Below, one piece after another: positions 28,343 through 37,463 of a stretch of 64,000 nt of DNA. Positions within the stretch are counted from its first letter, which is position 1. Each line of letters begins with the position of its first letter. The notes below the pieces were generated by a model. That model was not told where the DNA came from and ran no database searches. It saw nothing but the letters and a program-made list of their open reading frames with translations. The stretch spans positions 4,681 through 68,680 of the forward strand of contig CAZUXW010000005.1 of assembly GCA_964624625.1 (NCBI GenBank), read 5' to 3'. Origin of the DNA: an uncultured bacterium. GTDB taxonomy: Bacteria; Oederibacteriota; Muellerivitia; Muellerivitales; Muellerivitaceae. The position numbers and the translations under genes are program-made.

Positions 28343-28374
28343 TTGACAGAGGTAAAAGCTTTGTCATAATGACA
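28343..28374 (+). promoter_or_regulatory. Sigma-70-like promoter for the flgB operon (TTGACA-16-CATAAT) overlapped by the 13-bp palindrome TGTCATaATGACA
   Basis: TTGACA 28343-28348. CATAAT 28365-28370. Palindrome 28362-28374 overlaps the -10 element. Confidence 0.45.
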
Positions 28375-28440
28375 CTAATTTTTCGCCGCTGACGGAATTT
28401 TGAACTTCATTTTTCTCTTCGATTGGGCCGCCTCAGATTC

Positions 28441-28454
28441 GCTTTTGCAAAAGC
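28441..28454. promoter_or_regulatory. Perfect 14-bp palindrome GCTTTTGCAAAAGC in the flgB 5' leader
   Basis: Read directly, about 50 nt upstream of the flgB GTG start. Confidence 0.3.
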
Positions 28455-28505
28455 AGTCCGAATGTAAAATTGCGCTTGGAATAAAAATCTCCAACAGGAG
28501 TTAGC

Positions 28506-28928
28506 GTGGTCAACCCAATCAGCTTTATTGATCCCTTGGCGGTTTTGCAAAAAGGCCTCGACGCCCTCGCCACCCAACACGAAGTCATCGCCAACAATTT
28601 ATCCAATTTGGATACCCCGCAATTCAAACGTTCGGTGGTTTCCTTCCAGGACAAACTAAAGGCCGCGATCAACATTAACGAGCCATCGCCTTTATGGCGG
28701 ACCCATCCCATGCATTTTCCGATCGATAAAAAAGTGTCCCTGGATAATTTCAAGCCCGATGTCCGAACCATCACCGAAACCATCGGACGAAATGACGGCA
28801 ATAACGTGGATCTGGAAATGGAATCCGGTTTGCTTGCGGAAAACAACCTTCTTTATAACAGCATGGCGGATGTCACCAGCCGCTACATGGCCAATCTTCG
28901 GCACGCGATCTCGGAAGGGAGGCAATAA
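28506..28928 (+). CDS. flgB: Flagellar basal-body rod protein FlgB
   Basis: N-terminal rod motif LDALATQHEVIANNLSNLDTPQFK. AGGAG RBS. First gene of the cluster. Confidence 0.85.
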   Translation: MVNPISFIDPLAVLQKGLDALATQHEVIANNLSNLDTPQFKRSVVSFQDKLKAAININEPSPLWRTHPMHFPIDKKVSLDNFKPDVRTITETIGRNDGNNVDLEMESGLLAENNLLYNSMADVTSRYMANLRHAISEGRQ

Positions 28929-28931
28929 TCC

Positions 28932-29390
28932 ATGGGCGCACTATCGGGAGTTTTCGCCCCTTTTTCGATAACGGCCTCCGCCTTGACGGCGGAACGCCTC
29001 CGGATGGATGTCATTTCGAATAACATCGCCAACGCCAACACCACGAGAACCATGGAAGGCGGACCCTATATCCGCCAACGAGTTGTTTTCGCGCCGCGTT
29101 TTGACCCCACTCCGGCTTTCGCGCCGGTGGAGGCCTTGATGACCCCGGAGGGGCTGCCGGTCGGGGTGAGAGCGGTGGGTATCACCAAAGATCCTTCCGC
29201 ACCCCGGATGGTTTATGACCCGGGTCATCCGGATGCGAATACCGAAGGCTATGTGGCATATCCCAACGTGAATATCGTGAACGAAATGGTTGATATGATC
29301 TCGGCGACGCGGGCCTATGAGGCGAATATCACGGTTTTTAACGCCACGAAATCCATGGCCCTTCAAGCCTTGAATATCGGCAAAGCTTAA
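28932..29390 (+). CDS. flgC: Flagellar basal-body rod protein FlgC
   Basis: ITASALTAERLRMDVISNNIANANTTRT. C-terminal ISATRAYEANITVFNATKSMALQAL. Confidence 0.9.
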   Translation: MGALSGVFAPFSITASALTAERLRMDVISNNIANANTTRTMEGGPYIRQRVVFAPRFDPTPAFAPVEALMTPEGLPVGVRAVGITKDPSAPRMVYDPGHPDANTEGYVAYPNVNIVNEMVDMISATRAYEANITVFNATKSMALQALNIGKA

Positions 29391-29439
29391 TTTAAATGAA
29401 TTGAATTTTCGATAGAACCAAAATCGATTTAAAGGTACT

Positions 29440-29769
29440 TTGATGCAAATTCAGCCGGTTCAAATGCCCGTCTCGATGACCCAAGGGGCCATTTTGCCGA
29501 TTCAACCGATCGCCTTGGACGCTGCCCAGAACGCGGCGGAAGTTTCGCCGGCGAATTTTAAGGATTTGATGAAAAAGGCTTTAACGGACCTGAATGTGAG
29601 CCAGGTGGGGGCGAACGACGCCATCAAGAGTTTGGCGACAGGCGGCGAGGAAAACCTTCATGACATCATTATCTCGATGGAAAAAGCCAGCATGACGCTG
29701 CAGTACGCTATTCAGATTCGTAACAAATTGTTGGAGGCTTACCAGTCGGTTATTCAAATGCAGATCTAG
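29440..29769 (+). CDS. fliE: Flagellar hook-basal body complex protein FliE
   Basis: C-terminal LQYAIQIRNKLLEAYQSVIQMQI, typical of FliE. Position flgB-flgC-fliE. Confidence 0.8.
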   Translation: MMQIQPVQMPVSMTQGAILPIQPIALDAAQNAAEVSPANFKDLMKKALTDLNVSQVGANDAIKSLATGGEENLHDIIISMEKASMTLQYAIQIRNKLLEAYQSVIQMQI

Positions 29770-29828
29770 GGTTAGCCGCGAGCGGTGAAGACTGAATTGA
29801 GGATTGATCCTATTTTCACGAGGAAAGA

Positions 29829-31481
29829 TTGAAAAACTTTTTCGAACAACTCATACAGCAGTTCAAGGATGTTTGGAGCCGTTTTAACCGGGTCCAGAGG
29901 ATCCTCATTGTGGCTATTCCCTTGTCCTTGTTCTTGGGGCTTTTGCTCTTCATTCTCCTTTCCTCGCGCTCCCGGTTCGAGGTTTTGTATTCCAACTTGG
30001 AGCAAAAGGACGCCGCGGAAGTGACGGCCGAACTCAAAAAGGAAAATATTCCCTACCGGTTGGCGACCAAGGACAAGATGGTCATGGTTTTGGTCCCCTC
30101 GGAAAAGGTTTATGACACGCGCTTAACCTTGGCGGGCCAAGGGTTGCCGAAGGGAACGGGCGTGGGGTATGAGATTTTTGACCAGCCCAAATGGGGCTCG
30201 ACCGACTTTACCCAGAAAGTAAATTATAAGAGGGCACAGGAAGGGGAGCTGCAAAGAACGATCGGCAGCCTCCAGCAAATCCAAGGGGCCCGCGTCAGTA
30301 TCGTCATTCCGGAGCCGGAGCTGTTCACGGAGAAGGAAAAGCCCACCACCGCTTCCGTGGTGTTGGAGTTGAAGTCGGATACCCAGCTGAAGCGGGAACA
30401 GGTCCGTGGAATCGTGCATATGGTTTCCTCCAGCGTGGAGGGTCTGAAGCCCGAGAATGTCAATGTCATCGACAGCAAAGGCAACATTCTTTCGGCTTTT
30501 ATCCAGGAAGAGCAGCAGGACAACAATCAGGACCCCTTGAACGGCGGAAGCATGCTGACCCAGCAGGCCAAGTTGACGCTGCACCAGATGGAAGTTCAAC
30601 AAAGCTTCGAGAAGGATTTGGAGCGAAAAGTCAATGTCATGTTGACCAAGGTGCTGGGCGGCAACAGCCGTTTCGCCGTTTCCGTATCCGCGGAGCTTAA
30701 TTTTGACAAGACGGAAAACGACTCCGAGACTTTCGAGCCGGTGGTGGATGGGCAGGGCATCGCCCGCTCCAGCCAAACGAAGAAGGAGCAGTATGTCGGC
30801 GACGGGGGATTTCCCACGAGCGTGGTGGGCGGCGTTCCCGGAACAGACTCCAATATCCCCGGCTATCAAGCGGTTGCGGGAGCGAATTCCCAATATTCTA
30901 AAGAAGAGAACACCACGAATTATGAGATCAACCGAACGGTCAAGCATAACGTTGTGGCGCCAGGTTCTCCGAAACGAATTTCAGTAGGGGTGTTTGTGGA
31001 TAACCTCCAGCCCCAACAGGTGGAGGCGATTAAGTCGGCGGTTGTGGCGGCGGCTGGTATGGATATCAACCGGGGTGACCAAGTGGCGGTCGAAAATATG
31101 CCGTTTGACAACACCCAGGCTTTGGCGAGTTTGAAGGAGACTCAGATGGAAACCCAACAGAATTTTTATATGACGTTAGGAAAAATCGGCCTGTTGGTAT
31201 TGATGGCCTTCGGGGTTTTGCTCTTCCTCAGATCGCTCTTGAAACCCAAGAAGGAAAAGCAGTACGTGGATACGGTGGACGATTTGATGGAGGAGCCGGC
31301 CATGATGCCTCAAGTCGAGGACATCATCACGACGGATATCACCGCGGAAGACTTGGCTCGTGCTGAAGCGGCTCGGGACGCTAAAAAGCGTCAAGCGGTT
31401 CGTGAGGAAGTTTTTGAGATGGCAAATAAGAATCCTGAAAATGTCGCCCAAATCATTAAGAAATGGCTCTCTGAGGAGTAG
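29829..31481 (+). CDS. fliF: Flagellar M-ring protein FliF
   Basis: 550 aa. N-terminal TM after RILIVAIPLSLFLGLLLFIL, central ring-building motifs, second TM GLLVLMAFGVLLFL near the C-terminus. Confidence 0.9.
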   Translation: MKNFFEQLIQQFKDVWSRFNRVQRILIVAIPLSLFLGLLLFILLSSRSRFEVLYSNLEQKDAAEVTAELKKENIPYRLATKDKMVMVLVPSEKVYDTRLTLAGQGLPKGTGVGYEIFDQPKWGSTDFTQKVNYKRAQEGELQRTIGSLQQIQGARVSIVIPEPELFTEKEKPTTASVVLELKSDTQLKREQVRGIVHMVSSSVEGLKPENVNVIDSKGNILSAFIQEEQQDNNQDPLNGGSMLTQQAKLTLHQMEVQQSFEKDLERKVNVMLTKVLGGNSRFAVSVSAELNFDKTENDSETFEPVVDGQGIARSSQTKKEQYVGDGGFPTSVVGGVPGTDSNIPGYQAVAGANSQYSKEENTTNYEINRTVKHNVVAPGSPKRISVGVFVDNLQPQQVEAIKSAVVAAAGMDINRGDQVAVENMPFDNTQALASLKETQMETQQNFYMTLGKIGLLVLMAFGVLLFLRSLLKPKKEKQYVDTVDDLMEEPAMMPQVEDIITTDITAEDLARAEAARDAKKRQAVREEVFEMANKNPENVAQIIKKWLSEE

Positions 31482-31486
31482 TCTTC

Positions 31487-32506
31487 ATGGCGGATACCAA
31501 GAAAAAAGCTGCGTTAACGGGTGAGCAAAAAGCTGCCGCTCTTCTCATTTCGCTGGGCCCGGAACTCGCGGCCAAGATTTATCAGCATTTGAAAGAAGAG
31601 ACGGTGGAGCAGGTCACCCTGCAAATCGCCAATTTGAGAAAAATCACCCCGGATGAAAAAGACTCGGTGATGCAGGAAGTTCTCAATATTGCCGCGGCCC
31701 AGGAATATATCTCGCAGGGCGGCGTGGAATACGCCCACGAAATCCTGGAAAAGGCCTTGGGCGCCAACAAGGCCATGGAAATCATCAACCGCCTTCAGGG
31801 ATCCCTGCAGATGACGCCTTTTGACTACATCAAAAGGACGGATCCCCAGCAGCTTTTGAACTTTATTCAAGCGGAGCACCCCCAAACGATCGCCTTGATC
31901 CTGGCCCATTTAACGCCGGAACACGCCGCCATCATATTGGGAGCCCTTCCGGGCGACGTCCAAGTGGACGTGGCGACCCGCATCGCGATCCTCGACCGGG
32001 CCGCCCCGGACGTTGTCATGGAAATCGAGAGAGTTTTGGAGAGGCGCATATCCTCCATCTTTACCCAGGAATTCACCGCCGCCGGCGGAGTGAGATCCTT
32101 GGCCGAGGTGTTGAACCGGGCCGACCGTTCCACGGAAAAGGCCATTATGGAAAAGTTGGAAGAGTCCAATCCCGAATTGGCCGAGGAAGTCAAGCGGCTC
32201 ATGTTCGTCTTTGACGACTTGATCAACCTGGATAACAGGACGATCCAGCAAATCCTCCGTGAGGTGGACGCCAAGGACTTGGCGCTGGCCTTGAAGGGCT
32301 GCAAGGACGAGGTCAAGGAGCATATCCTGAAGAACATGTCGAGCCGCGCGAAAGCCATGATCCAGGAGGACATGGAAGTCATGGGGCCCGTCCGGTTGAA
32401 GCACGCTGAGGAAGCGCAGCAGAAAATCATCAATGTGGTTCGTCAGCTGGAGGAAATGGGCGAGATTGTCGTGGCGCGCGGCGGTGAAGAAGAGGTTATG
32501 ATCTAG
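31487..32506 (+). CDS. fliG: Flagellar motor switch protein FliG
   Basis: TGEQKAAALLISLGPELAAKIYQHL. ARM-repeat architecture. C-terminal torque helix region. Confidence 0.9.
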   Translation: MADTKKKAALTGEQKAAALLISLGPELAAKIYQHLKEETVEQVTLQIANLRKITPDEKDSVMQEVLNIAAAQEYISQGGVEYAHEILEKALGANKAMEIINRLQGSLQMTPFDYIKRTDPQQLLNFIQAEHPQTIALILAHLTPEHAAIILGALPGDVQVDVATRIAILDRAAPDVVMEIERVLERRISSIFTQEFTAAGGVRSLAEVLNRADRSTEKAIMEKLEESNPELAEEVKRLMFVFDDLINLDNRTIQQILREVDAKDLALALKGCKDEVKEHILKNMSSRAKAMIQEDMEVMGPVRLKHAEEAQQKIINVVRQLEEMGEIVVARGGEEEVMI

Positions 32507-32522
32507 GCCTTTTTAAGGTGGA

Positions 32523-33431
32523 GTGAACATGAGCCGCGAAGTTCTATCGAGCCGGGATTACCAGCAGTTGGAGCAGGGGTATTTGGTCGACAACGGCCCC
32601 TGGCAGGAAGAGATTAAAAAAAGGCTGAGGCAGCAGGCGGTGGTTAAAATCACCGAGACGCGGCCGACCCTGGGGCCGGAGGAGTTCCAGCCCCTGTTCC
32701 TGGCGGAAACGCCGGAAGCGGTGGAGGAAGTCAAGCCTCCTGAGCCGACCCCGGAAGAAATTCTGGAAAAGGCCAAGTTGGACGCCGAGGAAACGGCGAA
32801 GACCATCGAACAGGCGGCCCGCAAAAGCGCCTTTGACGTGGTGGAACAGGCCCGCTGGGAAGCCAACGACATCCTCGCGAAGGCGAAGGAAGAGGCCGAG
32901 AAAGAAGTGCAGCAGTTGAAGGACGCCGCGGCTGAGGAAGGCCGCAAAGAAGGGCTGGCGAAGGGCCTGGAAGAAGGCTTCGTGAAGGGCCGGACGGAAG
33001 GCAACCAGGAATACTCGGCTTCCGTCAAAAAATGGAATGAGCTTTTCGAAAAGACTTTGGCGGAACGCAAGGCCGCCATGGGAGACCTGCAGCCGATGCT
33101 GGTGGAGCTGGTGGGGGATTGCCTTTACCGCTGTTTGAAGGATGAGAGCCAGAAAAGCGGCCAAGTGGCGGTAGAGTTCGTCAAGGAAGCCTTGTCGAAA
33201 GCGCAGGACCGGATTCATTTGAAGCTGCATTTAAATCCCGGGGATGTGGAGGAAGTGAACGCCCAGAAGGAACGGCTTCAGCTGTCGGTGGGAGCCGGGC
33301 AGATGGAATTGGTTTCGGACGCCAGGATTGAAAAGGGCGGATGTGTGCTGGAGACGGAGGCGGGATCCGTGGATGTTCGTTTGTCCACCGTGGTTGCCCA
33401 AGTCAAAGATTCGTTGAGCGCGGGGCAGTAA
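32523..33431 (+). CDS. fliH: Flagellar assembly protein FliH
   Basis: E/K/A-rich coiled coil followed by a FliH C-terminal domain. Between fliG and fliI. Confidence 0.75.
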   Translation: MNMSREVLSSRDYQQLEQGYLVDNGPWQEEIKKRLRQQAVVKITETRPTLGPEEFQPLFLAETPEAVEEVKPPEPTPEEILEKAKLDAEETAKTIEQAARKSAFDVVEQARWEANDILAKAKEEAEKEVQQLKDAAAEEGRKEGLAKGLEEGFVKGRTEGNQEYSASVKKWNELFEKTLAERKAAMGDLQPMLVELVGDCLYRCLKDESQKSGQVAVEFVKEALSKAQDRIHLKLHLNPGDVEEVNAQKERLQLSVGAGQMELVSDARIEKGGCVLETEAGSVDVRLSTVVAQVKDSLSAGQ

Positions 33432-33443
33432 CGGCTCGAGCGG

Positions 33444-34802
33444 TTGACCGGGGAGATAAACGTGAATCCAGTTTTGGGCGACATCATTCCACCCCTGGAT
33501 CATTATAAAAAAAAGATCAGTGAAGCCGAGATCGCGCGGGTGAACGGAAAAGTCGAGCAGGTGGTGGGGCTGGTCATTGAATCCTCGGGGCCCACGGCCT
33601 CGGTGGGGGAAGCCTGCTGGATCACGGCGGCGGACGGCGCTGGACAGCCGATTTTGGCCGAAGTGGTGGGGTTTAGGCAGCACCATGTATTACTCATGCC
33701 GTTGGCCGAAATGAGGGGCCTTGGCCCCGGCAGTGAAGTGGTTAAAACAGGGGAACCTTTTAAGATTCCAGTGGGGAAAAACCTGCTGGGCAGGGTCATT
33801 GACGCGATGGGCAAGCCCTTGGACGGCAAAGGGCCCTTGGGTCCGATGGAAGAAAAATATCCCATCCACCGGGAACCGCCGCCGGCGATGGAACGGCGCC
33901 GAATCGAGATGCCGGTGTCGACGGGTGTTCGGGCTATCGACTCGGTTTTGACTTTGGGCGAAGGGCAACGTTTGGGAATCTTCGCCGGGTCGGGCGTTGG
34001 GAAAAGTACGCTTCTGGGAATGATCGCCAGAAATACCGTGGCGGACGTCAATGTGATCGCTTTGGTGGGTGAGCGCGGCAGGGAGGTCAGGGACTTTTTA
34101 GAAAGGGATCTGGGAGAGAAAGGGCTGGAGCGAAGCGTGGTCGTGGTGGCCACTTCGGACCAACCTTCCCTCGTCCGGATCCAAGCGGCGCTGGTGGCGA
34201 CCGCGGTGGCGGAATATTTCCGCGACCAAGGGAAGCGGGTCATGCTGATGATGGATTCCATCACCCGGTTCGCGATGGCGCAAAGGGAAGTGGGTCTGGC
34301 GATTGGGGAGCCGCCGACGACCAAGGGTTACACCCCCTCGGTTTTCGCGTTATTGCCCAAACTGCTGGAAAGGGCCGGGACCACCGCCCACCAGGGGAGT
34401 ATTACAGGACTCTATACCATCCTGGTGGAAGCGGACGACATGAACGAACCGGTGGCGGATGCTTGCCGGGCAATTTTAGACGGACACGTGGTTTTGTCGA
34501 GGGATCTGGCGGCGCAGAATCATTACCCCGCCATTGATGTGCTCAACAGCGTTTCCCGCGTGATGAGGGACATCGTCAGCGCCGAGCAGGCGGAAGGAGC
34601 CGCGAAGATCCGCTCCGTTTTGGCGACGTTTAAAAGCGTCGAGGATTTAATTTCGATCGGGGCCTATGTCAAGGGCAGCAACCCGAAGGTGGACCAGGCT
34701 TTGACAAGGCTGGAGGCGGTTCAAGTTTTCTTGCGGCAGGGACGCGAGGAGAACGCGCTTTGGAAGGACACCCTTCAACGAATGAAGGGCTTTCTTAATT
34801 AA
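33444..34802 (+). CDS. fliI: Flagellum-specific ATP synthase FliI
   Basis: Walker A GIFAGSGVGKSTLLGMI. Walker B MLMMDSITRFA. The start may be the GTG at 33462. Confidence 0.9.
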   Translation: MTGEINVNPVLGDIIPPLDHYKKKISEAEIARVNGKVEQVVGLVIESSGPTASVGEACWITAADGAGQPILAEVVGFRQHHVLLMPLAEMRGLGPGSEVVKTGEPFKIPVGKNLLGRVIDAMGKPLDGKGPLGPMEEKYPIHREPPPAMERRRIEMPVSTGVRAIDSVLTLGEGQRLGIFAGSGVGKSTLLGMIARNTVADVNVIALVGERGREVRDFLERDLGEKGLERSVVVVATSDQPSLVRIQAALVATAVAEYFRDQGKRVMLMMDSITRFAMAQREVGLAIGEPPTTKGYTPSVFALLPKLLERAGTTAHQGSITGLYTILVEADDMNEPVADACRAILDGHVVLSRDLAAQNHYPAIDVLNSVSRVMRDIVSAEQAEGAAKIRSVLATFKSVEDLISIGAYVKGSNPKVDQALTRLEAVQVFLRQGREENALWKDTLQRMKGFLN

Positions 34803-34810
34803 GAGGGGAC

Positions 34811-35308
34811 ATGGCAAAAAAGTTTGAATTCCGGCTCGAACAGGTTTTGGGCTTGAGGAAACAAGTGGAAGAGGTGAGGGTCCGGGAATTGTCCCAGGCC
34901 AAGGGGAAACTGCTGGAAATTGAAAAGAATCTGAAGGAGCATGCCGAGTCGGAATCCCGGTTTTTAGGGACTTACGGCGAGTTTGAAAAGACGGGGCAGT
35001 TTAACTCCGACCAAGTGATGGCTTATTGCGAGTATCAAGATTGGCTCCTGAGGCAGGAAAAGGAGTTCCGCCGCCAGGAAAGGGAATGGGCCGAAGAGGT
35101 TGAGCGCCGCCGGCAAAAGGCCGTGAAGGCGTCGCGGGAGAAAAAGCTCCTGGAAAATTTGAGGGAAAAGAAAAAATCGGTTTACGCCAAGGAAGTCTCG
35201 GCTGAGGAACAACGTTTCTTGGATGAAATTTCGTCGATCGCTTTTGTTAGGCGCGACCGGGCGCAAAGCGCCGTGAACGCCGCTTTAGAACTAAATTCGG
35301 GGAGGTGA
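34811..35308 (+). CDS. fliJ: Flagellar export chaperone FliJ
   Basis: 165-aa all-coiled-coil protein (MAKKFEFRLEQVLGLRKQVEE...) directly after fliI. Confidence 0.7.
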   Translation: MAKKFEFRLEQVLGLRKQVEEVRVRELSQAKGKLLEIEKNLKEHAESESRFLGTYGEFEKTGQFNSDQVMAYCEYQDWLLRQEKEFRRQEREWAEEVERRRQKAVKASREKKLLENLREKKKSVYAKEVSAEEQRFLDEISSIAFVRRDRAQSAVNAALELNSGR

Positions 35309-35312
35309 TTTT

Positions 35313-36128
35313 GTGGATACAGCAACGGTTCTAGGATTATTCTTGGGGTTTCTGGGGGTTCTTGGGGGTTCCTTGATCGAAGGAGTTCACCCTGGCGTTT
35401 TGTTCAAGTTTTCCGCTTTCATGATCGTCGCCGTGGGTTCGGCCGGAGCGACCATCATGAGCTTTCCGATCGACAACGTTAAAGAGTTCATCCCGGTTTT
35501 GAAAAAAGCCTTCAAAAAACAGGAACTGGATCCAGCCGCGATTGTGACCCAGCTGGTCGGCTTCGCCACAAAGGCCCGCCGGGAAGGTTTGTTGGGTTTG
35601 GAAGAGGAAGCGGAGTCGATTCAAGATCCCTTCCTGAAAAAGGGCTTGCAGCTGGTCGTTGACGGTACGGACATCGAAATGATCCGTAATATCATGGAAA
35701 CCGATATCGCCTTTTTGGAATCCCGCCATAAAGTGGGTGAGAGCATTTTTGGAACCTTCGGGGGGTTCACGCCGACACTGGGAATCATCGGAACCGTCTT
35801 GGGCCTGGTTCACGCCTTGGGTTCCATGGGAGAAGGCGCCAGCGACGCCAAGGACCTGGTCGCCGCCATCGCCACGGCCTTCATCGCGACTTTTTATGGA
35901 ATCTCCTTCGCCAATATCATCTTTCTTCCGCTTTCGTTTAAGTTAAAGCAAAACAGCCAGCAGGAAGTCCTTTTAAGGGAAGTAATGCTGGAAGGAATCT
36001 TGGCGATTTCGGCCGGGGATAATCCCCGTATCGTTGAGGAAAAATTGAAAGCCTTCTTGCCGCCCAAAATGAAGTTGGATATGGAAGCCCAAAAGGGACA
36101 GGGCGAGGATAAGGAAAAAGAAGAATAG
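35313..36128 (+). CDS. motA: Flagellar motor stator protein MotA
   Basis: MotA/TolQ/ExbB family: MDTATVLGLFLGFLGVLGGSLIEG, four TM helices, GTVLGLVHALG plug region. Confidence 0.85.
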   Translation: MDTATVLGLFLGFLGVLGGSLIEGVHPGVLFKFSAFMIVAVGSAGATIMSFPIDNVKEFIPVLKKAFKKQELDPAAIVTQLVGFATKARREGLLGLEEEAESIQDPFLKKGLQLVVDGTDIEMIRNIMETDIAFLESRHKVGESIFGTFGGFTPTLGIIGTVLGLVHALGSMGEGASDAKDLVAAIATAFIATFYGISFANIIFLPLSFKLKQNSQQEVLLREVMLEGILAISAGDNPRIVEEKLKAFLPPKMKLDMEAQKGQGEDKEKEE

Positions 36129-36168
36129 TTAAAAATCCCCCAGGGGAATTTGAATTGGAGAACGAGTA

Positions 36169-36930
36169 ATGCCAAAACGTAAAAAAGGAGGCCATGAGGC
36201 GGGGCTTGAAATGGAGTCCGGCGGTATGATGCGCTGGCTGTTGACTTACGCCGACTTGATCACCCTGCTCCTGGCCCTTTTTATTATTCTTTACGCTCTT
36301 TCGGCCTCGAAAAGCACGGTGGTATTGCAGGAAATGATGGCTCAGTTCCGGGCGGTTTTTGGACCGATCCCGGGCAATACCACCATTCTTCCTTCGCAAA
36401 GCTCCAACCCGGGCGAGCACTACAAAATCATCCCTGGCGAGCCGCAAGAGGGTGGTCCGGGAGGGCCCGCGAAGCCAAAGGCCGTTGATGTTGGAAGGGT
36501 TAAAAATATTTTCCAGAAGGAATTGGGCGCCAATAAGGTTAGCATCCGGAAAGAGGCGCGGGGGTTGGTCATCAGCCTCATGACCGACAAGGTTTTGTTC
36601 GATTTGGGTGAATATAAGATTAAGCCTGAGATGAAGGAAGTGCTGAACGATGTGGCCAAACTATTGAAGCAAAACCCTGACAAGCAAATTGTCGTGGAAG
36701 GGCACACGGACGACTTGGCGATTCAAACAAGCAAATTGCCGGGTAATTGGGAGCTTTCAGCTTTGCGGGCGACCTCCGTGGTAAAGTATTTAGTGACGGA
36801 AAAGGGCTTGGATCCGAGCCGGTTTTCCGCGTCGGGCTATGGGGAGTATCAACCGTTGGTACCCAACATCAGCGAGGCAAACCGACGGATTAACCGCCGG
36901 GTTGACATAGTCATCATGAAGTTAGATTAA
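36169..36930 (+). CDS. motB: Flagellar motor stator protein MotB (OmpA-like peptidoglycan-binding C-terminus)
   Basis: N-terminal TM WLLTYADLITLLLALFIIL with conserved Asp. C-terminal VVEGHTDD...NRRINRRVDIVI OmpA-like domain. Confidence 0.85.
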   Translation: MPKRKKGGHEAGLEMESGGMMRWLLTYADLITLLLALFIILYALSASKSTVVLQEMMAQFRAVFGPIPGNTTILPSQSSNPGEHYKIIPGEPQEGGPGGPAKPKAVDVGRVKNIFQKELGANKVSIRKEARGLVISLMTDKVLFDLGEYKIKPEMKEVLNDVAKLLKQNPDKQIVVEGHTDDLAIQTSKLPGNWELSALRATSVVKYLVTEKGLDPSRFSASGYGEYQPLVPNISEANRRINRRVDIVIMKLD

Positions 36931-36946
36931 TAAAGGAGGGGTGAAA

Positions 36947-37423
36947 ATGGCAGATCAAGGCGATAAGGGCACAAAGGGGTTGCTGAGTCTTTTGCTGGCG
37001 TTAAGCGTACTGAGTGTTTTGGGGATCATTACCCTGGCCCTGGGAATGTTCATGGGGTGGGGAGCCAAAACCGAGACGGCGAAAGAAGCCAAAGTTATTG
37101 AACAAAAGCCCGAACCGGGAAAAGTTTATGACTTGGGAACATTCATCGTGAACTTAGCCGATGAAGAGGCTTCCCGGTATATCCGAACTGATATTCAGTT
37201 GGAATACAGCAAGGTGAATTTGGAACTGGATAAGGAAATCAAGGAAAGGGATCCCCAGTTCAAAGATCTGGTCAACACCCTTTTGAACGACCGCAAGGCC
37301 GCTGAGTTGTCGACCTCGGAAGGCAAGGAACGCTTTCGCAGGGAACTTCAGCTCAAAATCAACAATTCTTTGAAGTATGGAGCCGTGACCAACGTGTTTT
37401 TAACCCTATTCGCGATCCAGTAG
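36947..37423 (+). CDS. fliL: Flagellar basal body-associated protein FliL
   Basis: Single N-terminal TM. VYDLGTFIVNLADEEASRYIRTDIQLEY FliL motif. AAGGAGG RBS before the ATG at 36947. Confidence 0.8.
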   Translation: MADQGDKGTKGLLSLLLALSVLSVLGIITLALGMFMGWGAKTETAKEAKVIEQKPEPGKVYDLGTFIVNLADEEASRYIRTDIQLEYSKVNLELDKEIKERDPQFKDLVNTLLNDRKAAELSTSEGKERFRRELQLKINNSLKYGAVTNVFLTLFAIQ

Positions 37424-37463
37424 TCTGAGGGATAAATTTTAGTGAGGGAAGGGAGGGAGACAA

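Noticed and set aside
28380-28460. Possible sigma-54 promoter (TGGCAC-N5-TTGCA) in the flgB leader
   Set aside because: TTGCA is present in GCTTTTGCAAAAGC, but no GG dinucleotide lies at the required -24 spacing. A sigma-70-like TTGACA/CATAAT is a better fit.
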